From the human T2T-CHM13v2.0 reference genome, Homo sapiens, in NCBI RefSeq assembly GCF_009914755.1, contig NC_060935.1: DNA of 64,000 bases. The stretch is one strand, 5' to 3'. The notes under the pieces are model-generated. The model made no database searches. It was not told the origin of the DNA and saw only the letters and a program-made list of their open reading frames with translations. A program made the translations under genes and the position numbers. Positions 35,721 to 63,225 of the stretch are shown one piece after another. The number at the start of each line of letters is the position of its first letter. The stretch's first letter is position 1.

Positions 35721-37242
35721 GAGAGTGGAGGACCCTGCCCCTTGGAATGAGGGCCCAGGACACCTGCTCTGCTGTTGCCACCACCAGAAGGGGACAGTTC
35801 CTAGCTTCGTCTTTCCCCCAATCCGTGAGAATTCTACCGTCTTTCCCTTCCCTTTTCACTGGAATATTAGACCTCCTTGCTCACCTCCAGGGAACAGTTT
35901 CACTAGTCTGAGATCTGAACCATCCCACCCCTATCCCCCAGGATGTCTTCAAGTACCAGAGGTCATCTGCTCTCTGAGTATGATTATTCAACTGTCATCT
36001 TGCACCAGGAGTCGAAGGCATCTTGCACCTAGCCTGTACCTTCTGCCCCTGCCAGGCTCCCAAGAGCACAGAGGACCAAGTCCCTGCTCCATTCTGTCCT
36101 ATCCAACTATCTAGGAGTTAGGGGTCATCTGAGGACACTACTTCCACCGACTGCACCTTCTGAGGATTTAAGCATTCTTCTTTAGCGGCTGCTCTGTCAG
36201 GCACTGCTGGTCAGGTTGGGCTTGTTCTGTGTGCCTATGTGGGTGTCTGTCTGTTTTCCTAGACAATTTTTCCTGCCAGGCTAGGAGAAATCTGCCACTT
36301 CTTTTTCTATCATTTAATCAGGTTTTGAGAGCACAATATTTGATCCTTCTTTTAGGTACCTGCTTCTGGCAAAGTGCAAAGACTATCCTTTGGCTAATGA
36401 TTACTGCCTTCTTTTAGTTGGATCTACTTCTCAGGACGTGAAGTGAAACTCTTCTTAGCTAACCTTCTCATTGTTGAGTCCTGCTCTCAGGCATCTGTGC
36501 ATGGCTTTGTAGGAAAGAGGCAAGCATATCATGACAAATGGTCCCACTTTATTCTGTTCTGGTAATTGGCTAAGTTTCAAAAAAAAAAAAAGAACACTTT
36601 TTGCAGTTTTCAGGACTTTAGTACTATTCTCTTATGACCATGATTTAGGCTAAGAGTCACTTTTCTTCAACTATTAAATTAATAATTTTTACATAATCAT
36701 GGAGAAATATTGGCAAAGGGATCATTTGTAATGCAATTACTTGGGAACCCACATGTTGGCAAAGGAAGCGCTTTACCAGTTTGTTGTTAGATCACTTTGG
36801 CAAGCCCATGCCTGGTCCAGAGAACCATGACCACGAGGAAAGAGACGTAAAACCATGCACTCTGCGCTGGAAATGTGTAACATGGAAAAGAGGAATTCAA
36901 GAGTCTTCAAATATTGGATGGGCTATCATATAGAATAATTTTTTTTTAATTTATTTGGAATCTGGAATTAGGGCCTATGGGCAGAAACTAACTGTAATGG
37001 GGAAAAGTTTGCTTCAATATAGGGAAAAACCTTCTCACCAATGATATGGGAAAGGTTGACTTGGGGGACAGAGGACTTTCTGTCACTGAAAGTGTTAAAT
37101 CAGACATTGTTCAATGAACTCAATATTTTCGAAGGAAAAAATTATTTAATAGAGAAAAGGGGCTGGCCTTGGTTGCAGCTTTATGGGTCTATGTAGGTAA
37201 TAATGACTCTTAGTTTAGAACCAAGGTTTTGGATTCAAATCA

Positions 37243-37555
<313 letters not shown>

Positions 37556-38585
37556 ATGCAAAGAGAGAAAACTGGCGGTAAGTCATGTGGACTATGAGAG
37601 AGCAAGATACTGTGTTCTGGCAGATAGCTCTGAGAAATGGGAAATGACATTTGTTCTCAATGTGCTCAGAAGAGGAAACTCTGAGCAGACTGCAGGGAGG
37701 GTTTTGACATAGGAATCAGAGGGGTTGCAAGAAGAGGATGAGTGAATGTTTGCAGCCCTTTGCGCATGCACCTTGGGAGAAAATCATCTGGAGGAAGTTG
37801 AGGTCAAGTCATCTTACCATAGCAAGTCATGAGTATCTACAGTAATATATCTTGGACTAAGATAATTTGATCTTTGAAAAATATGCTGATTAATAATAAT
37901 ATGTTTAAAATATGTGTTTAAAGCAAGTGCAATATTAACATCACGATAGTATTTACATTAACAATAGTATTGATGGTAGTATTAAGGATAATGTAATAAT
38001 AGCTATTATCTAAGTGGTCACTTGTACTACACTTTGCTAAGCACTTCATATATCTTATCTCTTTTGATCTTTACAGTAATTTCAAAAAGAAGGTATTATT
38101 ATCCCCATTTCAAAGATAAGGAGATTGAAGTTCTAAGAAATAATTTACCTAAGATTACAGTAAGTGATGTAGAGATAGTGTTCACATTGAAGTCTGACTC
38201 TAAAGCTACTATCCATGTTACCTCTCCATCATTACTTCTATCACACATTCATTGTTTTGCCCCTATATTCAAGAAAGGAAGACAGATATGAAATACTATG
38301 CTATCACACAGGACAAATTGAACAACTATTCAGTTTACTCAACCATCTTTCAACTATCTTTCAGCATTAGAATATATGTATTTTAGGGAATAATGAAGTG
38401 TTTGGGGAATTGCATATTCAGATATGGCAGTAGTTCTCAGTCACTTTCAGCACCCGAAAACTGTCTTCCTAGCATCAGCCAAGATCAGTTTAAATTCCTT
38501 TTGTTTGAGCATATTGTAAAGACCAGAGGAAAAGGTCTCTCATTGTGAAATAATAAGCCCCTTGACCTGCCAGAAGTTAGAGGTA

Positions 38586-40980
<2,395 letters not shown>

Positions 40981-41493
40981 TCTAATCCTCAGAACATTCC
41001 TATCAAGGAACGTTAGATGTTGTTACCCCATTGTAAAGAGAAGGACACTGAGTCTTGGAGAAGTTAGTTAAATAAGCAGCTCAGCATCATACAGCTATTA
41101 AGAGGCAGAAATGGTATTCAAATTTAGGTCTCACAACTCTTTCTACCAAGACATACTATCTATACGAAGTGGAGTTTCAGGTGCTGTTGGTTTAATGGAA
41201 GAAATACTACATAAAGGGAAATGGAGGGGAATAAGATTTACCTACAGCTTCATGATGTGAGCCATCATGCCCAGGCCATATTTTCTTTATTCATTTTTCT
41301 GACAGCGTAAACTTGGGTTACTTCTACCTCTTGGCTATTGTGAATAATGCTGCTGTGAATATGGGTGTTCAGAAAAGAATTACCCGGTTAAAAGTCATTC
41401 AAAATGTTTTATTTATTCAGCAGATATTTACTGAGTACCTATTTTGTCACTGACTAAGGCTATAAAACCATTTGAAGACAGCTTCTCTGTTCA

Positions 41494-41937
<444 letters not shown>

Positions 41938-42687
41938 TTATGATGAAGGGTTTATTTATCAGAAAGCTAAAAAATAAAAATAAATAAACAAAAGAAAGCT
42001 AAAAAATACATGAAAATTCCCAATTATGGTTTTTATAGGGCTTACCTCAGTCTGAGGAGGTAACCTGGTTGGTATGACTTTCATGGATGGGAAGAATGGC
42101 TGTTGTGATGTTGTATGATCATCTTGCCATATCCTTTTGTCCATGAGTGAGAATGGTTCAAGCTAGGTATTGTTCCTTCTCATAGGTTTGCTGCCTCTCT
42201 CCCCATCCTATTCATAGGAAGTGGGCAGAAGGAAAGTAGGGCAGCCCTCAGTCTCTATACCTTTACTATGGGATTCACTTAGATGGGGGAACAAGGTCTT
42301 TTTTTTCCTTGCTGCTGCAGCACAAGACAAAAGGGGCTTTAATCAGCTATCTCTGCCATACAGGTATGCCATGAAAGGCATTTGACTGCTTGTAGCCCTT
42401 TGCTATATTTCTTTTCTTTTCCTTTTCTCAGGTTCCTTCCTACCATCCTCCCTGAAGAGCAACCTCAAGTTAGTGAGCACACATCAGGCTTCTTTTTTGG
42501 TCTTGGGACTCTGGGCTGGCAGAGGTGACATCCCTGTCATATGAAGGAAGATGCTCCTTTCTCTGAAGGTTATTGACAGGCAAGCAGCACTGCCTCCAAA
42601 TTATAACTCAAAAGTTCATAAGTCAACTGAAGAATGAAGGCCAAATGAAAGGACAAATTGAGTGTACAAAAGAGTTTAGTTTTAATA

Positions 42688-42696
42688 TCTCTCTCT

Positions 42697-42736
<40 letters not shown>
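42688..42736. repeat. (CT)n(GT)n microsatellite
   Basis: Directly visible. Confidence 0.95.
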
Positions 42737-42739
<3 letters not shown>

Positions 42740-43640
42740 GCCCATGGTTCCTGGCTCATAACTCTCATATCCCTTTTTAGAGTCTTTTATTATAATGTTG
42801 GGGCACTGTAGGCCTCAAAACAGGCCTTAGGAAACAGAATCTCTATCTCTCTGGTCTTCCCCTGCCCTTCTTTCACCTACCCAAGGCAGGACTCTAATCT
42901 GACTGTGGGTCACAAGACCCTCATTACAGAGAGAGTCCTGCCTCATACCCTGGAGGAAGGAATGCTGCAGAGAGAAGCCAAGAGGAATCTGAACAGACAG
43001 GCTTTGCTGGGTTTCCCCATTCAGTCTATTAATATTAGACTATACCTTTTTTGTCCAATCATATTTCAACATGGTTGTTCATGCTTCAATCATGCCTATC
43101 CAGTGAAGTCTCCATAAAAGGTTCAAGAGGACAGGGTTTGGAGAACTTCTGGATAGCTGAACACGTGGAGACTGACAGGAAGGTGAACAAGAACTCATCC
43201 ACATAGTAGGATGGTGCTGCGCTCCAAATCTATGGGGACAGAACCTCCTGTGCTCAGGACCCTTCCAAACCTGCCCCTGGGTATCTCTTCTTCTGGCTGT
43301 TTATTTGTAAACTTTGAAATATCCTTTGTAATAAACTAATAAACCTGTTTACCTGGGTTCTGTAAGCTGCACTAGCCCTAGCCCCGGACTTGGGACAGAT
43401 GTCTGAAGGAAGGGGGCAGTTCTGGGGACTGAGCCCTCAACCTGTAGGAGCTGACACTATCTCGAGGTGGATAATGTTGGAATTGAATTGGAGGACACCC
43501 AGCTGGTGTCTGCTGTAGAACTGATTGCTATAGAACTGATTGGGTTTCCCCACACACACTTGGTCACAGAAGTCTTCTGTGATGATTGTTGGGTTGTGAG
43601 AACAGAGGAAAAACACAGTTTGAGTTGATATATGCAGACA
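42737..43640 (+). mobile_element. MER21-family LTR
   Basis: ggttcctggctcataactc...cctcaggaaacagaatctct; gaattggaggacacccagctggtgtc; tggtcacagaagtcttctgtg motifs. Confidence 0.8.
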
Positions 43641-43769
43641 GCATCCAAGTCAGACTGCCAGTTAATTGTTTTAGGTGCTATGATCGCTTATTACAAACTT
43701 AAAACATAGATAGGTTCATAAAGGTTTTATAGCGTTAGTGCTGCAAGAGCTGCCATACCAGCTATTTAT

Positions 43770-44901
<1,132 letters not shown>

Positions 44902-45538
44902 TAAAGAAACCTTTTAAAAAATTTCTTTCATGGGTGCCATGAATTTATTGTCACTCTTACATAAATTTTAATTTATTATTACTCCTACATAAGTTACAAT
45001 TGTTAATGTACTTTATCCCTGTTTTAATTAATCAAAGGTACATGTAACCCAATCAGATAAGTTCTAGATACTATTACCATGCTGTAATGATTATATGAGA
45101 TACAGCCACTAATTAGTTTAATGCATTGATATAAAACAAAACAGCATAATATTTTCATTACAGTCTTCTTGTGGATAAATGTGATTTTTGAAATATTAAA
45201 AATAGCCAGTAGAAATAATAATAGCTAACATTTATGGGGTTTAATGTACAAAGTTCTATGAGTGTATTTCCTGATAATAACTCTTATTACAATCCTTACA
45301 ACGACTCTTAACTTAGGTTCTGTAGTCCTGTTTTAAAGATCTGGAAATTTTAGGGCAGAGAGGGATTAAATAATTTGTCTAAAGTTTTCCACTTTGCAAG
45401 TGGCAAAGCGAAGATTTAAACTCATGCTCTCTGACTTCCAGAGTGCATTCTTACTCTCTCTCTTCCTGTTTTACTTTTGCAATTAGCTTTTTGAGGTATA
45501 ATTTACTTACAATAAAATGCATCTGTTTTAAGTATATA

Positions 45539-46385
45539 GTGTAAAGCAAAAAGTATCTGAGAAAGGTTTCAGTCAATTTACAAGTTTATTTTGCCAAGGT
45601 TAAGGATCACAACCTGTGACAGAGCCTAAGGAAGTCCTGAGAACATGTGCCTAAGGTGGTTGGGTTACAGCTTGGTTTTATGTTTTAGGGAGACATTAGA
45701 TGTCAATCAGTACATGTAAGGTATACATTGGTTCAGTCTAGAAAGGTGGGACAACTTGAAGTGGTGAGTAGGGGGCTACAGCTTACAGGTCATAGGTGGA
45801 TTTAAAGATTTTCTGATTGGCAATTGGTTGAAAGAGTTAAGTTATTATTTAAATCCCTGGAATCAATAGCAATCAGTATCTGGTTTAAGATAAGGGTTTT
45901 TAGAGACCAAGGTTCTTATTATGTAGATGAAGTCTCATTGATGGCTGCCCTTAGAGGCAATAGATGGCAAATGTTTCCTATTTAGACCTCTAAAAGATGC
46001 TAGACTCTCAGCTACTCTCTTCAGGATCAGAAAACGAGCTGGAAAGGGAAGGGAATTCTCTATAGAATGTAAATTTCCTCTACAAGAGACAGCTTTGCAG
46101 GGCCATTTCAAATTATGTCAAAAAATATATTTTGGGTAAAGTACTTTGATTTGTTTCAGGGCCTTGCTATTTATCATGTGATGGTATGTTAGAGTCACGT
46201 TGGAATTTGGTATCTTGTTGCTACAAAAAGTCTGTTCTGTCAGTCTTAGGATCTCTATTTTTTAATGCTGGTCAATTGTGTGCCTGAACTCCAAAGAGTG
46301 TAATGAGGCATATCTGACCCCTCTCCCCACCCACCACCCCCATTCATCCCCCAACTTTACCCCCCAAACCCTGGCATAGGCTGAA
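45539..46385 (-). mobile_element. MER4-family LTR, truncated at AluS (46386-46677, -)
   Basis: tgtaaa.caaaaagtatctgaga...gtttattttgccaaggttaagga; reverse-homologous to 1-700. Confidence 0.82.
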
Positions 46386-47067
46386 CTTTTTTTTTTTGAG
46401 ACTGAGTCTTGCTCTGTCGCGGAGGCTGGAGTGCAGTGGCACCACCTTGGCTCACTGCAACCTCTGCCTCCTGGGTTCAGATTATTCTCCTGCCTCAGCC
46501 TCCCAAGTAGCTGAGATTACGGGCATGTGCCACCACCCCCGCTAATTTTTATATTTTTAGTAGAGACAGTGTTTCACCATGTTGGCCAGGCTTGTCTCGA
46601 ACTCCGGACCTCAGGTGATCTGCCTGCCTTGGGCTCTCAAAGTGCTGGGATTACAGGCGTGAGCCACCACACCCAGTCTTGAAGCAGCCATTTAATCCCA
46701 AAACTATGCACTTAACTACCACACTACCCTGCCTTCCTCCCTTACCACTTTTTTAGACCCCAGTGAGTCCAGGGACTTTATGTTGGGAACTGGTGATCTA
46801 ATGTTCTCATTTTACAAATAAGGAAAAAGACCTTAAGAAGTGGTCTGCCTAAGATTACATTGAAAATTAGTGGTGAAGCCTAGATCAGAATCCATGTTTA
46901 GTAGTTTCTCAGTCTGGAAAATGATGGAGCTGAGGAGGAGGATGTCATTATTGTTGATGTCATATTGTTAATGGGTTACCATATCACAGGACTTCTCCAA
47001 ACAAAAAGTTTCTAATGAACTGTTTTATTATGGTGAAGATACCTAACATCTATGAAGTGCTTTACAA

Positions 47068-47585
47068 CAGTGGGCCTCAGACTTTAATGTGTATGTGGAT
47101 TACCTGAGAATCTTGTAAAAACATATTCTGGTTTAGTAGATATGGAATGTGGCCTTAGAGTCTGCATTCCTTTTTTTCTTTTTCTTTTCTTTCTTTCTTT
47201 CTTTTTTCTTTTTTTTTTTTTTTTTTTTTTTGAGACAGGGTCTCATGCTGTTGCCCAGGCTGAAGTTCAGTGGCATGATCATAGCTTACTGTAACCTCAA
47301 ACTCCTGGGTTCAAGGGATCCTCCTGCCTCAGACTCCCGAATAGCTAGCACTACAAGTGTCTGCCACCATACCTGGTGATTTTTTTATTTTATTTTTTGT
47401 AGAGATGCAGGGAATCTCGCTATGTTGCCCAGGCTGGTCTCGAACTCCTGGCCTCAAGCGATCCTCCCAAAGTGTTGGGATTACGGGCATAAGCCACCAC
47501 GCCTGGCTGAGTCTGCATTTCTTAAAAGCTATCAGGTGATTCCAGTGCTGCTGGTCTGGAGACTACACTTGGAGAAACAAGGCTT
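47068..47585. mobile_element. MER5-like hAT MITE interrupted by AluJ (47167-47507, -)
   Basis: cagtggg.ctcagacttt...caggtgattccagtgctgctggtctggagactacacttggaga. Confidence 0.7.
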
Positions 47586-48761
47586 TAACATCCACAAAGT
47601 ATTTTTATATCTTTTCTCAGTGTTATCTCTGTTTGTATGTAAGGAAAGTAAGTTCAAAAGGATAAGCAGTTTGTTAAGGATCACAGGGCTGGTACTGGAA
47701 CCTGGGTTTCTAACTTTGCAAACCAAGTTAGGTGTTGATTACCCTGCACAGTAACAGTAGGCTGATAACCTGTATATGAAGGAAAGCTTGAAAAGGATCA
47801 TTCTGGGTAATGAGTTAAGTTGAACTTTTTTATTTCAGAAACAATTTTCATCCTTATTTTCTCTTAGTACCTTTCCCAAGCTTAAATGAAATCACCTTTT
47901 AGTCTCAAGTGTGTAGTTAGCAGCTAGAGCTTAGTAGGTACTTGAAGGCTAAGTACATTTGGAAGTCTAATCTTAGTATTTGCTCAAGTATTCAAAGGTA
48001 TTAACTGGGAAGAATTGTCATTTGGTAGCACATTTTGGAAGAAATGATTGATTTTTTTTTTTAAGTGGAACAGTAATTGTGGTGTGTGTATGTGTAAATA
48101 AGGACAGTACAATTCCTCAAACAGTAATTTGGGGAACATCACTGAGATAGAATACATAGTATAGTAAACATTTAAATGAAAGTCTTGTCCACTCCATTCT
48201 TGTTTCAGGTTAAGATTTTAAGTTGTTTTTTCAGTTTTTAGAATCTACCTTTGTTCCTTTGCCAGCTATTTCCAATAATGGGAAAAAACTCACCTGGAGA
48301 GTTTTAGGTAGTGCAGAACATTCAAAAGAAGTAAAGGCATGAAGAAACATTTTAAGACCCAGCAAAATGATAGATCCAAAAGGGACAGTAAAAGCATTTT
48401 ATGGTTGCATGAAAGTCCCAGATATTTTATTTTGGGGAAAGTACATGGTATAATGGAACAGCTGGCCATTGGACTTGGAATCAGAATCAAGATTCCTATC
48501 TGGACTTCACTCTGTTGAGCCTGTGACTTTGGGCAAATCACTTAGCCTTATCAAATATCATTTTTCTCATTTTACAAAAACTGATAAAAAGAATGGTTAT
48601 GAGATTTAAATGGCAGGATGCATGTGAAAACACACTGTGAAGTACCTGGCAAATATTAGGTACTTAATAAAGATGAGTTGAATTGGAATCTAATAAAAAT
48701 AAGTTAAAAAAAAAAAAAACAAAACTAACCCATGCTGTATAACAGTTGTGGCTTCCTTACC

Positions 48762-49030
48762 TGTGGTGATTAGTTTTATTTGTGAACTCGGCTAGGCTAT
48801 AATATCCACTTATTTAGTCAAACACTTATCTTGGTGTTGCTATGATGGTATTTAGTAAATGTGGTTAATATCTGTAATCAGTTGACTTTAGGTAAAGGAG
48901 ATTACTCTCAATAACATGAATGGCCTCATCCAATCATTTAAAAGGCATTAAGTGCAAAAGCTAAGGTTTCCAGGATAAGAAATTCTGCCTTAAGTTTGCA
49001 GCATCAGCTCCTGCCTGAGTTTCTAGGGTG
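48762..49030 (+). mobile_element. MLT2 (ERVL) LTR fragment
   Basis: tgtggtgattagttttatttgtgaactcggctaggcta...aatcagttgactttaggtaaaggagattact. Confidence 0.75.
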
Positions 49031-49409
49031 TGGGAGGTGGGGACGGGGGCAGTTAAAGCTTTATTTTGGGAGGTCTACTTGATTCCTTACTTTGGTGGAC
49101 TTTCCATTTCTCCTTTTCTCCCTCCCTTCTTTCTTCTTTGATTTGTTTTTAAATTCAGGATTTTTAGATGTTTTCTGTGGGAGGTTCAATTAGATTATCT
49201 ATATGTCACATATCCTTAAGCTGATGCTTTTGCACATGCTGTTGGCTTGTCGTTTGTCATTTGTAACTGCATTCTCTGAGTCAGTGGATATCTCTTTAAA
49301 TCTTGACTGATTACTTCTTAGAGAATTAGGTGCTTTTTCTGTTTCCCTTTGAGGACTTTCTATTGACTAAAGCATAAAGACCAAATTCTAACATGGCATG
49401 AAAAGCACT

Positions 49410-51070
<1,661 letters not shown>

Positions 51071-52545
51071 CCAGTTTATTTTTAACTCTTGTCTTCTTTC
51101 GTTTCCTTGCCCTACTTACATTTCAGTCTTGCCAAAACAAGCTATTTACATATACATTAATACCCTGTGCACTTTTTATTGTTCATATTGTTCCCATGAG
51201 AGGTAATAATAAATTTGTTTTAAAATCATGAAGTTTGTGATGGTTATTCAGCAATAAATAACTGAAAACTGTGTCTGAAGTTGAGTTTTGAGAAATTTTG
51301 ATTTTCTGTTGTGAAAACTCAGAGTATGTCATATTATACCATGCCTTTTATTCTTAGAAGATGAGACTAAAGAATAAAGATTAGTACTTTTATAAGCCCA
51401 TCTGAAGATTTCAAAAAATTTTATAAGCATCATTTTATTTATACCTGCAATGTACTCAAGACTCCAAAGAGTTATTTTACCCAATGAAAGCAAGTAAGTA
51501 CCTCAGGGTTGAAATAATTCAGTTTTGAAGCTGGAAAAAAAATCTTTGACTCATCATAGGTGTAGACTCTCGCTCTAACATATGTTCTTTAACTTTTCAG
51601 AGCATGCAGCTTTTAACAGCAAGTAGAAGGACTGGCTAGAGTCAGAACTCCAAAACTATGCATGTTAAAATCTTGATGCTGCTATAAAAGCTGTGTTTTT
51701 ATGATCTTCACTCACTTATTCATTTATACAAAATGATAAGGAGAGATTCTAGATAAGATACTTTTCCTGAAATGAAACATTATGGTTTCTAAGCTATTTC
51801 ACCTTCTGAGTAGCAATTTTTCCTTTTTTTCCCCCCCATTTCTTTTTTTAAGCAGATATGAGGGCAATCTGTCTTTGTCTCCTGAAATCCCATTGATCAC
51901 TAGAGTTGATCTAATTAATCTTGCCAATCAGATGGCTGTTTTGTGTTCAGAAAGTCCAACCTAAAGGTTGACAAATGAAGAGAATTATGACCTTGATAAA
52001 GGAGGACAGACCTTTGGTTAAGAGCAGTCATCATTGAAGAAACATTTAGCACCCTCTGTGTCCTTCCCTGATCCCATCTTCTTCCTTTTCCTCTGGAGAT
52101 AACCAGTATACTTAATTTAGTGTTTATCATTTCCTAGCTTTTACCACTTTGCATTCCTAAAAATAAACTGTTCAGGTTTGCTTGTTTTATATTTTATATA
52201 AGTGGAATTGTACTATATGTACATTCTTCCACAGCTTGCTTTTTTTTTTAAACACAAATTGTGCTTATTAGTATCATTCATGCTCCTGAGAATTGACTGT
52301 GTTGATGGATGTAGATATAATTCATTTATTTTTGCTGTTGTTTAGAATTCCACTGTATGAATACATTCATTTATCCATTCTTTAATCATTGGACATTTTG
52401 TTGTTTCCAGGTTTTTGCTGTTACAGATAAGGCTGCTGTGAACATTCTTGTGCATCTTCTGGTACACAGAAATGTAAGGGTTTCTGTGTATACTTAGGAG
52501 TGTAATTGTTAGAATATAGGTCATGCTCATATTCAACTTTAACTA

Positions 52546-52625
52546 TTAGGTTGGTGCAAAAGTAATTGCGGTTTTTGCCATTACTTTCAATGGCAAAACC
52601 CTCAATTACTTTTGCAATGACCTAA
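52546..52625. mobile_element. MADE1 (Hsmar1-derived MITE), 80 bp, TA TSD
   Basis: TTAGGTTGGTGCAAAAGTAATTGCGGTTTTTGCCATT...AATGGCAAAAC...AATTACTTTTGCA...CCTAA flanked by TA. Confidence 0.95.
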
Positions 52626-52629
52626 TAGA

Positions 52630-52785
52630 AATTCTCGAATTTTTTGGTCTCATGACCCCTTTACACATTTAAAAATTATTGAAGACCCCAAAGAGCTCTG
52701 TGAGTTAAATCTATTGGTATTTACTGTATTAGAAGTTAAAACTGAAAAAAGTTAAATCTTTATTAATCCATTTAAGATTCGTATT
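52630..52785 (+). mobile_element. Charlie1-type hAT terminal fragment
   Basis: tttttggtctcatgacccctttacac...aaaattattgaagaccccaaagagct. Confidence 0.65.
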
Positions 52786-52789
52786 TTTG

Positions 52790-59500
<6,711 letters not shown>

Positions 59501-59591
59501 GCTAGGCACTTAATTTAAAGGTGCCTGGGATTTGTTTTAATCAGGTTTGTTTAGACACAGAGACACAGAAATGACTGTCATGAAGGAAGAA

Positions 59592-59763
59592 GTTTTTTTT
59601 TTAAATTTTACTGTAAGTTCTGGGATACATGTGCAGAACATGCAGGTTTATTACATAGATGTGCATATGCCATGCTGGTTTGCTGCACCCATCAACCCAT
59701 CATCTAGGTTTTAAGCCCCGCATGCCTTAGGTATTTGTCCTAATGCTCTCCCTCCCCTTGCCC
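59592..59763 (-). mobile_element. Short 5'-truncated L1PA 3' end with TSD aggaagaagttttt, inside an LTR-like element (~59520-60225)
   Basis: taagttctgggatacatgtgcagaacatgcagg... L1PA 3' terminus; exact TSD. Confidence 0.88.
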
Positions 59764-60229
59764 AGGAAGAAGTTTTTATACTCAGTTTCCTAGAAACAGG
59801 ATGAATAACACCATGTAGGGCCACTTGGGAAAGCACCAGGGTCAGTCGGGGGGCAGAGGAAGTGGGGAGAAACATGGGCATACAGCTTTATTCCTTCCTG
59901 CAGGAAGGAACAGGCAAGGCATTATGAGTCAGCTTAGGCTTGGCTAGTTTTGAGTAATTTCAGTGGGCGCTGGGATGTAGGGGCTGCCACTAGTTGTATG
60001 GTACGTGACCCTGGGGTAATTTGGGTAGGGGAATAGTAGCCTAGCATGTAAGAGTCTGATAAATGAGGTAGTTGCGACTATGGGCTCCGGATTGTTTGGT
60101 TTGCATATGGAAGGTGCACTCCTTTGCTATCTGGCTAGCTCTGGGAGGAGCAATTCCACCAGGGTAAGCAAGGCCCCAGATGCCAAAGCGTAAAATACAG
60201 AAGCCAGAAAACGTGGTTATCATAGCACT

Positions 60230-60760
60230 GTTCTAGGTACTTGTTCATAATGGCAGTGAGGAAAGCAGATAAGAAAGCCGTTGTCGTGAGCATGCATTCT
60301 AATGAGAGAAGATGACAAATAAACAATTAACCAAGTATATAAGTGTTTTCTAATTGTGATAAATGCTGTAAATAAAACTAGGTAATATAATAGAGAATGG
60401 CTGGAGGACTTCTTTAGATAGGGTAGTTAAGGAAGGCTTCTCTGAGTTGGTGGCATCTGGCATAAGCCCTGAAGAATGAGATGGCGCATGTGGTAATCTG
60501 GGGTAATGATGTTCCAGGCAGTACTGCAAATGGCCCTGTGGCTGGAATAGACTTGGTTTGGTCTAGGAACTTTGGGAAGATTAGTGTTTTGGAATGATGG
60601 GCAAGAAGGCAAGTAATTAGAAGAGATAGGCAGGGGTTGATTGTGTTAGCCTTGTAGACCATGGTAAAGAGATTGGCTTTTATTTTATTTGCAGTTGAAA
60701 GCCTTTGGAGTGTTTTCAGCCAGGAGAGTAAACTTTTTATACTCAGTTCAGAACAAGTCA
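60230..60760 (-). mobile_element. L2 fragment
   Basis: ggaaggcttctctgag...gttccaggcag...tgcaaatggccctgtggc pattern. Confidence 0.7.
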
Positions 60761-60917
60761 GGTAGAAATACCATTGACAGTATAACACTTGGGAGATACG
60801 TTAGCATGTTACAATTATATGATTGAAAAGGAAGATGTTGTTAAATTGGAAACGTTTTCATGAAACAAATGGCTGCAAAGGAGGATTTTGATCATAGTGG
60901 GAGACTAGGATTGATGA

Positions 60918-62405
<1,488 letters not shown>

Positions 62406-62719
62406 CTGACTTGCTTATTATTGCCCTCTGTTAGGAGAGCCTTTTTAGGTTATATGTATGGTAAGCATGCTGTATAGCTATATTCATGAATTGCTCTACC
62501 AGCTGTGAAACTGGTATAAAGCTGTTGTGTATAATCAATAAATAAATGATTTGTTTTTTAAGATGCTAGACAAAACATGGCATTAATTTAAAAAAGATCT
62601 GAAATTTAAGCTATATATTGAATGTATTCCTTAAAATCTATTCTGTTTCTTTTGCCTGGCATATTTTTTCCCCAGTCTCTTACTTTCAGTAATTATATTA
62701 CCAGATATTTATATATGGG

Positions 62720-63225
62720 AATACACACATTTATAATCTCACAGTTTCTGTGGGTTAGGAGTCTGAATCCAGTTTGGCTGAGTCCTTTGTTTATGATCTC
62801 ACAGGGCTGCAATCAAGGTGTTAGCTGGGTCTCATCTGAAGCTGAACTGTGGAAGAATCTATTAGCAGAATTCAGTTTTCTGTGGTTATAGGACTGAGAG
62901 GCTTCAGTTTCTTGTTGGCTTTTGGATGGAAGCTGCCCTTGGCTCCTGGAGGCTGCCCTTCACATATGGGACTACCAAAATAGGCATAGTAGCTTGCTTC
63001 TTCAAAGCCAGCAAGGGAATGAGAGACTTCAGCAAGATGGGTGCTACAGTCTTAGGTAATGTCATCACATACACATGATCATGTATCTCTTGTCACCTTG
63101 CCTTATTCTCTTGGTTAGCAGCAAGTCACAGTTTCTGCTTATACACTAAAGGAGGGAGTTACACAAGGCTATGGATACCAGGAGATAGGGATCTGGGGGC
63201 CACTTTAGATATCTGTGTTTCACAT
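62720..63225 (-). mobile_element. MLT1 (MaLR) LTR
   Basis: catttataatctcacagtttctgtgggttagga...ctgcaatcaaggtgttagc...ttcaaagccagcaa. Confidence 0.75.

Noticed and set aside
34941-36114. Several 109-172 aa ORFs around exon 1, including the read-through of 35267-35527
   Set aside because: Stop-poor GC-rich CpG-island sequence; the true frame splices at 35372.
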